Source: a virus (Duplodnaviria > Caudoviricetes). Taken from it: a DNA stretch of 57,155 nt. The DNA is taken from IMG/VR virus record IMGVR_UViG_3300049055_000031, positions 1-57,155 of that record; one strand, 5' to 3'. This document shows positions 1 through 6,707 of this stretch, one piece after another; positions within the stretch are counted from its first letter, which is position 1; each line of letters begins with the position of its first letter. Position numbers and translations under genes: made by a program. The notes beneath the pieces were generated by a model. That model was not told where the DNA came from and searched no databases. It saw nothing but the letters and a program-made list of their open reading frames with translations.

Positions 1-150
1 ATCATCGACGCCAGTTTTTCGTTCATCGCGCGGTCCTCGTTCCCAGCTGAGCGATCATGGCATCGTATTCCCGTTGCTGCTTGGCGCATGCATCACGTGT
101 TGCCTTGTCGTGTGGGTGGTAACACCGGTCATGCCGGATTCGCTTTGGCT
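1..150. repeat. Terminal direct repeat, copy 1 (150 bp)
   Basis: 1-150 matches 57006-57155 except G33 vs T57038. Confidence 0.97.
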
Positions 151-160
151 TGATGTTCAT
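23..160 (-). CDS. 45-aa early protein with H-x2-C-x-H-x6-R-x2-C motif (not in ORF track)
   Basis: MNIKPKRIRHDRCYHPHDKATRDACAKQQREYDAMIAQLGTRTAR; SD GGAGG; ATGA overlap with next gene; own promoter. Confidence 0.8.
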   Translation of the reverse strand: MNIKPKRIRHDRCYHPHDKATRDACAKQQREYDAMIAQLGTRTAR

Positions 161-185
161 CGTTCCTCCGGGTGGTTCGTCGTTT

Positions 186-230
186 GCCCTGACATCCACT
201 ACGCTATGGGGTCGGCTCAGGTCATGTCAA
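186..230 (-). promoter_or_regulatory. Early sigma70-type promoter with GTCAGGGC motif
   Basis: TTGACA-18-TAGCGT-7-GTCAGGGC. Confidence 0.85.
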
Positions 231-238
231 TAGGCCGG

Positions 239-646
239 TCATGCCACATCACGGTGGATCATCTGCGACACGTGCAATCCGCACGCCATCAGGCGGGCCT
301 CAAGCCATGCTTCCTGCTGAGCGGCTTTCCTCTTGATGCGATTCCTCACCCGAGGGTCACGAATGTCCTCCATCAATACTGGACCCTCTTCAGCCCATAC
401 CGCCTGATCCCGCAGTTGCTGCTCACGCACCTCGTCAACCTGCTTGCGCGGTGTGGTCACACGGGCAGTCTGCTTGTTACCCGCCCAGACGCTGAACCGA
501 CGCTCAAGCTCAGGTAGATCAGCTTCGGTGAAGTCGTACCGTGCACCTGACCCGACAGCTCGGAAGGTGGATGACTTGTCACGTAGAAACCGACGAAGAA
601 TTCTCGGCTCGGTGCCCAACGCTTCGGCAACTGTCTTCGTATCCAT
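239..646 (-). CDS. HTH DNA-binding protein
   Basis: TKTVAEALGTEPRILRRFLR...RYDFT; SD GAAAGGG. Confidence 0.75.
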   Translation of the reverse strand: MDTKTVAEALGTEPRILRRFLRDKSSTFRAVGSGARYDFTEADLPELERRFSVWAGNKQTARVTTPRKQVDEVREQQLRDQAVWAEEGPVLMEDIRDPRVRNRIKRKAAQQEAWLEARLMACGLHVSQMIHRDVA

Positions 647-685
647 GGCCTTACCCTTTCAAGTTCTCTGCCCTGACTATTGTGT

Positions 686-704
686 GGGGGGTCCGAAGAC
701 CCCC
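686..704 (-). terminator. GC hairpin after the DUF6011-like gene
   Basis: GGGGGTC-TTCG-GACCCCC on minus strand; no U tract. Confidence 0.5.
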
Positions 705-716
705 AGCGAGTTTGGA

Positions 717-1424
717 TTATGCCTTGTTGATGCAGACCGGACCGATGCCGTTTGCCCGAGAGGTTTCGTCGGTGAGCTCCCGGCCACACCTCCAGCAGTT
801 GCCCAGTTCGTCAGCGTACCGCTTGCCCGCGATCGGCGGGGTGTCACACCGGATTTTCTCAAGAATCGCGTCGGTCGCCTTGTACCCCTTAATGAGGTGA
901 AGTTCGCTCGAGGCCTGGACCTGGACCTTCCGGTCTCCCGATTTCTTCCAGGTGGACACCCGGTAGAACGCCAGATGGCCCTCATCAGCCGTCACGGCGT
1001 AGTAACCATCCGGCACATCGACGAATGGGTCACGCGGGGTACGAACGTACGCGACAGGAGTAGGAGCAACGTACATCGGAGGAGCACTGACCGGTTTGGT
1101 ACCCGCTTCCTCGATCCGCAACTTCAGCCGGTTGATGGTCTTGGACGCAACCTCCATCGTGAACATGGTCGGGTTATCGATATTGGCATCGATCCATTCC
1201 GAGGCCTTCGCCCAGGTGGACTCATCCAAACGGTGGAGGTTGGCAAGAAGCGCCCGGATCTTTCCCTTTTGCGCATCGTTCGCCGGAGCACCGGGGTCAC
1301 GGAATTTGAAGGGCTTCGGGGCAGTCTTGGCCTGGTTACGCGCGATAGCGGCGTTACGAACCTCATCCTGTCGGATCTCGGCCTGAGTAAGTTCGTGTTG
1401 TGTGTAGAAAACCGTGGTGGTCAT
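717..1424 (-). CDS. Early protein with C-terminal DUF6011-like Zn-binding domain
   Basis: CWRCGRELTDETSRANGIGPVC; start 1424 has SD GAAAGGA (1448 is the alternative). Confidence 0.75.
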   Translation of the reverse strand: MTTTVFYTQHELTQAEIRQDEVRNAAIARNQAKTAPKPFKFRDPGAPANDAQKGKIRALLANLHRLDESTWAKASEWIDANIDNPTMFTMEVASKTINRLKLRIEEAGTKPVSAPPMYVAPTPVAYVRTPRDPFVDVPDGYYAVTADEGHLAFYRVSTWKKSGDRKVQVQASSELHLIKGYKATDAILEKIRCDTPPIAGKRYADELGNCWRCGRELTDETSRANGIGPVCINKA

Positions 1425-1448
1425 CGGTCCATTCCTTTCGGTCGTCAT

Positions 1449-1493
1449 GCCCTGACGCCACTCACGTTACGACAGCCGATCACCCGGTGTCAA
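1449..1493 (-). promoter_or_regulatory. Early promoter with GTCAGGGC motif
   Basis: TTGACA-18-TAACGT-7-GTCAGGGC. Confidence 0.85.
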
Positions 1494-1625
1494 CCCCCTC
1501 CGTCAACTCGGGTTGTGTCACAGGTTATGCTAAAATTTCGCTCTGAACGGACACAAAGAGAACCCCGACCACACCTCCCCCGGGGAAGAGGAGGATCGTG
1601 ACCGGGGTTCGCTGGTGGGAGGAGA

Positions 1626-2162
1626 TTACTCCTCGTCTGCTTTACGCCGACGACGGGCAGCTGGGCGAGGCTTCTCGTCATCGTCGGCAGCAGCCTTGGA
1701 CTTGGACTTGCCGCGCTTCACCGGTTCCTCGTCGTCATCGTCGGCCTTGGCGCGCTTGCCTCCAGACTTCGCAGCGGCGAGTCGCTCCGCCTTCGCCGTG
1801 TCAGCTTCTCCGGCCCTGGCGCGCTTGAGCACAGCGCGAACGGTGGGATCTTTCTCGCCGGTGAACTGGTACCTGGCGCGGTCGGTGCCGACTTCACGCT
1901 CGAGGTCTCCATCCTTGGCCATCTTCCGGAGGATCACGCGCATGTTGGCAGCGGTGTACTCGGTGCCGAGCTCCTCATTCACGTACTCGGCCAGCCACGA
2001 CGCGCCCATGCCGGTGTTTGTCGACTCGGCCTTCGGTTCCTTGACAGCGGCCTTGGCCTTGGTCTTGCTCTTGGAGGCCTTGGGAGTCTCCTCCTCGTCG
2101 TCCTCGATGAGCTCCAGCTCGTCCGGCTCTTCGATGACTGCAGCCTTGCTCTTCTTCGCCAT
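1626..2162 (-). CDS. HTH-like protein with acidic/basic disordered tails
   Basis: WLAEYVNEELGTEYTAANMRVILRK...RYQFT core; K/E/D-rich termini; SD GGAGG. Confidence 0.7.
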   Translation of the reverse strand: MAKKSKAAVIEEPDELELIEDDEEETPKASKSKTKAKAAVKEPKAESTNTGMGASWLAEYVNEELGTEYTAANMRVILRKMAKDGDLEREVGTDRARYQFTGEKDPTVRAVLKRARAGEADTAKAERLAAAKSGGKRAKADDDDEEPVKRGKSKSKAAADDDEKPRPAARRRRKADEE

Positions 2163-2252
2163 TACGGCCCTCCGGTTTGGTGATGGTGTGATTTCTTCCC
2201 TGTCAACATACCCCGAGCACTACGCCTTCACCAAAAGCCTATGATGACCGCC

Positions 2253-2591
2253 ATGGGTTACCTCGTGATCACATACGTCGAAACGATAGACGATGCGAAG
2301 ACAATCATCAACGCCATACCGAACGCTGTAGATGGCGCGCGTAGTGTGGGGGTATATCGTATGCCGGACCGTGATGAACCGGTCTGTACGGGCCTCTCAG
2401 GCGGCTGCAAAGGTGTCGGGTGGACACGTCACGCACGCGGATACATGGTCCATACCTGCGGCTTGCGGAATCGCAACTACCGGGAACAACTTGCAGTCTC
2501 GATCATGGACAACTTCGGTATCAACCTGATGCCACGGGATCGAACCCCCGGAGTGTTCCGCAACCCGGCCGGATGGGATCGGAAGCGCTAA
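2253..2591 (+). CDS. Hypothetical protein, probably leaderless
   Basis: TATGAT 7 nt before ATG 2253; Cys/His cluster; followed by a hairpin. Confidence 0.6.
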   Translation: MGYLVITYVETIDDAKTIINAIPNAVDGARSVGVYRMPDRDEPVCTGLSGGCKGVGWTRHARGYMVHTCGLRNRNYREQLAVSIMDNFGINLMPRDRTPGVFRNPAGWDRKR

Positions 2592-2592
2592 A

Positions 2593-2631
2593 AAGCACCC
2601 CCTCTACCGTGGCGGCTGAAAGGGGGTGCTT
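2593..2631. terminator. Bidirectional terminator between convergent genes
   Basis: AAGCACCCCCT...AGGGGGTGCTT inverted repeat preceded by an A run. Confidence 0.75.
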
Positions 2632-2660
2632 CTCCGGTGAAATGGTCACCGAAGTCAATA

Positions 2661-3035
2661 CTACCGGGATCGTGCCTCTCCGTCGATGGCTTTCACACCA
2701 ACGTTCTCTTGCACGAACTCGGCTGCACCGGTCGGTTTCCACGCGATGAAGTGCGCCATACCAGCCAACAATACGTTGATGATGAGGTTCATCAGGAACG
2801 GTGCCCATCCGAAGTTGATGACGTCGTTGTCGTTGGCGATCAGTGCCTCCACCGTGGTCTTGGCCGCCACAACGAGCAGGAGTAAGAAGAACTTCACCCG
2901 AGCAGATGTAACCCGGGTGGTGATGACCGCCACCGCCAGCGGGAGCACAACGGTCAACATGAGCGATAGCAACCCGCCCCAGTTGGGCTGGAAGGCATAG
3001 ACGGGGAGTTCAGGAAGGTTCGGATCCTGCGCCAT
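2661..3035 (-). CDS. Holin-like membrane protein (~3 TM)
   Basis: Hydrophobic segments; last gene of lysis cassette. Confidence 0.65.
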   Translation of the reverse strand: MAQDPNLPELPVYAFQPNWGGLLSLMLTVVLPLAVAVITTRVTSARVKFFLLLLVVAAKTTVEALIANDNDVINFGWAPFLMNLIINVLLAGMAHFIAWKPTGAAEFVQENVGVKAIDGEARSR

Positions 3036-3378
3036 TGTTCTCCTCCATTACTTTGTGAACGGGTGTTCTGTCGGGGTTGTCACGCGCGATGATCTGCATT
3101 TTGACCAAGATTCTAACCTGACGCCACACCACAATGGTCAAGGCGCCATAGAGTATCAAGGCAACCCATGTCCGCACGATCACCGGAGGTGATGTAGCAA
3201 ACCCTATCCAACTCCACGTGAGTATGAGATCGCAGCACAACATGAAGGCCATGAAGTGCCGCCCCATCACACTTCCCCTCCAGTTCGCCAAGACATGGAA
3301 CAGCAAAGTGAAGGCCCAGAACCCCAAGGTGACTGCGAGAAGTTCCAATCCCGCAAGAACTCTGAGAACGTCAACCAT
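3010..3378 (-). CDS. Holin-like membrane protein (~3 TM)
   Basis: MVDVLRVLAG...; hydrophobic segments; lysis cassette position. Confidence 0.65.
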   Translation of the reverse strand: MVDVLRVLAGLELLAVTLGFWAFTLLFHVLANWRGSVMGRHFMAFMLCCDLILTWSWIGFATSPPVIVRTWVALILYGALTIVVWRQVRILVKMQIIARDNPDRTPVHKVMEENNGAGSEPS

Positions 3379-3601
3379 TTTGTTGCGGCCTACTTCCAAA
3401 TACCTCATTGAGTCTCTGACTAAAACGGTTCTCATTGCGTATGCGATAGGCCTCAATCGCAACGTCTTTTACCTCTTGTGCAGCCGTCCTTGCCTCTCTT
3501 AGTCTTTTCTCGGCTAAGATCCGCATTCTCCTAGCCTGATCCAGGTCAGTCTTGTCATTCTCGTCAGTCGGCTGCCTCGGTCGTTGCCAGAACCACTTCA
3601 T
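3371..3601 (-). CDS. Small lysis-cassette helical protein
   Basis: Coupled overlaps; ...RNENRFSQRL C-terminus of a type seen in actinophage lysis cassettes. Confidence 0.6.
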   Translation of the reverse strand: MKWFWQRPRQPTDENDKTDLDQARRMRILAEKRLREARTAAQEVKDVAIEAYRIRNENRFSQRLNEVFGSRPQQNG

Positions 3602-3912
3602 GTGCTATCCACCCCCGCACGCGGGAGAGCGGTCAGTGCCGCATTAGACGTCTTGCCCACTTCGATGAACTGAGCAATGGTGGTGGCCTGAATTCTATTG
3701 GTTTCCATCAAGAACTTGTTCCCGGCCTTGAGTTCTTCGATGATGTTGTCCTTATCAGCCATCCGACCCTCAAGGTGTTTTTGTTCCCGGTCAACTGACG
3801 ATGATGGGCGAAGCCAACCGCGAGCAAAACCGGTAATGATCAGAGCAACCGACCCGACGATCAGCCCTAACTGACCCCAGGGTCCTAGAGCGTCCATCAC
3901 CTCTTGTGGCAC
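3598..3912 (-). CDS. Single-TM plus coiled-coil lysis-cassette protein
   Basis: TM LGLIVGSVALIITGF then helical region; GTG start inferred. Confidence 0.6.
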   Translation of the reverse strand: MPQEVMDALGPWGQLGLIVGSVALIITGFARGWLRPSSSVDREQKHLEGRMADKDNIIEELKAGNKFLMETNRIQATTIAQFIEVGKTSNAALTALPRAGVDST

Positions 3913-3916
3913 CCGT

Positions 3917-4546
3917 TCACCTCCCTTCCCACTCCCGGGCAGTTTCACCTGCACAAACCGACATAATGATATCCTCTATCCACGGGTCATCAACGCAGTC
4001 AGGTAATACCTCAACGGTCAGATGCCACTGGTGGTCATTGCCTGTTTCAGCAACTGTCCCATTTAAGAAATCCCATCGCTGAGCGTTTCCTGATCCTTTC
4101 CACCCACTGAAACCGGTGAAGTACTCGCGGCGTTGGTCAAGCCAATTCGACCACACCGCCATCCATCGACGCGTGGCTGTGACCATGTCGTGAGTGCCCA
4201 TGGACATGTCCCATGGTCCGGCATACACCGCCGTAGGGTAAGCCTGCTCCCAACTGATGACGCCTTTCTCGGTCAATCCCAGACCCCATCCGACCGATCG
4301 GACATCGAACTCAACCTCTTCAGCCGCTCGAATCCGGTTCTTCGGTTGGTCACGGTCGCTAATGAGGGGTTCTCCGTCCCTCATCCGGACTTGAAAAGCG
4401 CCACCAGTAGGTGATTCACCGTACGGGATGTAGTCGTAGATCCATACCAGATCGCTCTCCTTGTCCACCAGTATGAATCCTGAGGGAAACCGCGAGGCTC
4501 CGTCTCGGGCGTTCATCGGTCCACCCAGACATGGTCCAGACCACAC
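3917..4546 (-). CDS. Fusion: paralogue of 5489-5743 plus degenerate copy of the endolysin catalytic domain
   Basis: GPCLGGP..SRFPSGFILVDK matches GPCRGGP..SRFPKGFLLVDK; DMSM...DHQWHLTVE matches DMSM...DHKWHTHLE. Confidence 0.8.
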   Translation of the reverse strand: MWSGPCLGGPMNARDGASRFPSGFILVDKESDLVWIYDYIPYGESPTGGAFQVRMRDGEPLISDRDQPKNRIRAAEEVEFDVRSVGWGLGLTEKGVISWEQAYPTAVYAGPWDMSMGTHDMVTATRRWMAVWSNWLDQRREYFTGFSGWKGSGNAQRWDFLNGTVAETGNDHQWHLTVEVLPDCVDDPWIEDIIMSVCAGETAREWEGR

Positions 4547-4562
4547 GTCGATACCTCCTCCG

Positions 4563-5492
4563 TCACGCGGGAGTTGCTGCTCCGGTCACACCACCAGATG
4601 CGCTCCCTGACCCGGTTGTGCTCACCGTGAGGGTAGGGATGGAGTGGGTATGTGGGACCAGCGTAGCCGGATTGTCTCCCCCTGACCCACCAGGACCGAA
4701 CTTCTCAGCGACCATCCGATCCAGCACGCCGAACCATCCACCGGTGACCTCTTCCCCAGCACCCCCGGTCAGAAGTACGGACACCCAGTAGGAAGTGTTA
4801 CTGCCGTACTTGCCATCAACAGTGAGGGGATGTTCAACCAGTCGGGGGTCACCCTCAACCAGGTGCAACATCATCTGCTGCAGGTACATAGAGTTATGGC
4901 TGACGGGTGTGCCATTCAGGCCCATTCCCTTTTTTGCGTACATGTCTTCCTCTCCGGTGACTGCGCCACCACTCTGCTCCCATTGCTGCTTGGACTCGCC
5001 GCGAAGCACAGACAGGATAGCGTTAGCAGCTGTCATGTCGGTGACCCACTTACGCCGGATCTCAAGATGAGTGTGCCACTTGTGGTCCGACGACGTTTCT
5101 GAGATCTCATTGCTATAGTAGTCGTATCGTTTGGCCGGGACGTTCGGCTCGTTGAACCAGCCGTTGAATGCGTTCATGTAGGTCCGGCGAGGATCCGTCC
5201 GGTCGTTCCAGACGTTCCAGAGCCGTCCGCAGCAAGTGGCCATGTCCGTTGCGCTCATGGACATGTCGATAGCCGCTGCGAGATTGCGTGGCCAGGTTCC
5301 CGGGGGAGCAGCGTCATCTGGACGATAGTTGCTGTACCCATCCTGATCGGGATTGTCTTCTAGCGAGTTGTGGTAGGAATTCTTTTGTTGATGTGCAGCG
5401 TCACCGACGATGCCGGAACACACCGCCGATGCGAAGTAGGTCTCCCAGGTGTCGGCAATGTACTTCGTGTAGTCGTGAGCAAGTGTGGTCAT
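4563..5492 (-). CDS. Endolysin: LAS/M15-like Zn peptidase plus peptidoglycan-binding domain
   Basis: SYH...AAIDMS...WHTH metal-ligand pattern; LTVDGKYGSNT PG-binding motif; upstream of holins. Confidence 0.75.
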   Translation of the reverse strand: MTTLAHDYTKYIADTWETYFASAVCSGIVGDAAHQQKNSYHNSLEDNPDQDGYSNYRPDDAAPPGTWPRNLAAAIDMSMSATDMATCCGRLWNVWNDRTDPRRTYMNAFNGWFNEPNVPAKRYDYYSNEISETSSDHKWHTHLEIRRKWVTDMTAANAILSVLRGESKQQWEQSGGAVTGEEDMYAKKGMGLNGTPVSHNSMYLQQMMLHLVEGDPRLVEHPLTVDGKYGSNTSYWVSVLLTGGAGEEVTGGWFGVLDRMVAEKFGPGGSGGDNPATLVPHTHSIPTLTVSTTGSGSASGGVTGAATPA

Positions 5493-5743
5493 TCGGCACC
5501 TACCCACGGAGCAGCAATCACGTCGTATTCGGATTCTTCAGCAGCTCGATAACGATTCTTCGGGCCCTCGATCAGAACCTCCATGCCGTAAGCATCACGG
5601 ACGTTGAAGGCTCGTTCCCTGTCATCCCAGTCGTAGATCCAGCATTGATTAGCCGGTTTGTCCACGAGCAAGAAACCCTTGGGAAACCGACTCTCCCCGG
5701 TTTCTCCCGCAAGTGGACCACCCCGACATGGACCTTGATACAT
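5489..5743 (-). CDS. 84-aa protein translationally coupled to the endolysin
   Basis: SD AAAGGAG; ATGA overlap; paralogue at 3917-4546. Confidence 0.75.
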   Translation of the reverse strand: MYQGPCRGGPLAGETGESRFPKGFLLVDKPANQCWIYDWDDRERAFNVRDAYGMEVLIEGPKNRYRAAEESEYDVIAAPWVGAE

Positions 5744-5756
5744 TCGTACTCCTTTC

Positions 5757-6695
5757 CTAGTTGCATTCCCTAGCTGAGATCGACAATGAGTCTCCGATGT
5801 CTCGGGTAAGCCCAGCTCCGGCATCCACGGCAGCCCATCGTCCTTGAACTGTGTATGTTCCAGCGGCAATACCGGTGATATATCGGTGACCCGAAACACT
5901 CAGGTGGGCGTTGGCGGTGATGGCACCGCGCTGACGACAGATTTCGTAGTCAACAGCATTGATCAGTACACCGAACTTCGGGCCAATAGCCCCGTTCCCG
6001 GTGAAGAATCCAGCAGAGATCATGACGAACACTCGCGTGCTGGCAAACCGCTTCGTGAATGAGAAAGACGTCTGTGAGCCAGTACCAGCCATGTTCACAA
6101 ACGCAGTACTGGATGTGGTATCTGAGCCACTTGTCACCGCCTGCCCATTCACTCCATTCTCTGAACCACAAACATAGTCACCAGAGACCTTGAGGGCATC
6201 ACCCGTGGATGTCCCTAGTTCGTTCGCGGCTGTCCGGCCAAAGAAGGTATCTGGACCACTACCGCCACCTGGACCCCATCCAAACTGACCATCAGCTTGA
6301 AGTTGAAACCTCAGGTTGGCCTCAGCTCCAACACGAAGTCTCAGCATGTGAGCGGCAGCAACAGTCCCCTGACCGTTAAAGCCTTCACCACCGGTGTCTG
6401 TTGAGGGCCCAAGAAGATAGGGACCGTTACCTCCTCGACCGATCAGAAGAGGTATCCAGGTAGACAAAGTTGTAGACCACATGTAGTTGCGTCGAGTATC
6501 AGTCTCGTAGATTTCTCGCCCATCCCATCGATCAGCTCCAGTTGGGCGTGTACCGCTCGTACAGATGGTCACACCAACCGCAGCATCAATCTTGTCCATA
6601 GACTCATTGATGTCGGTGACGACATTGATGAAGTCTCCAGTACTTGGATCAGGATCAGGCTTCCGTAGAAGGAGTCGAGTTGTTGTCGTCGCCAC
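5757..6695 (-). CDS. Tail fibre / minor tail protein
   Basis: DINESMDKID...WDGREIYETDT N-terminus typical of actinophage minor tail proteins; G/T-rich. Confidence 0.7.
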   Translation of the reverse strand: MATTTTRLLLRKPDPDPSTGDFINVVTDINESMDKIDAAVGVTICTSGTRPTGADRWDGREIYETDTRRNYMWSTTLSTWIPLLIGRGGNGPYLLGPSTDTGGEGFNGQGTVAAAHMLRLRVGAEANLRFQLQADGQFGWGPGGGSGPDTFFGRTAANELGTSTGDALKVSGDYVCGSENGVNGQAVTSGSDTTSSTAFVNMAGTGSQTSFSFTKRFASTRVFVMISAGFFTGNGAIGPKFGVLINAVDYEICRQRGAITANAHLSVSGHRYITGIAAGTYTVQGRWAAVDAGAGLTRDIGDSLSISARECN

Positions 6696-6707
6696 TTCAT
6701 TTCCTCC

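Noticed and set aside
444-1601. 385-aa plus-strand ORF and other long antisense ORFs (e.g. 1615-2244, 14298-15191, 36677-37504)
   Set aside because: Shadows of well-supported opposite-strand genes in GC-rich DNA; no SD or motifs
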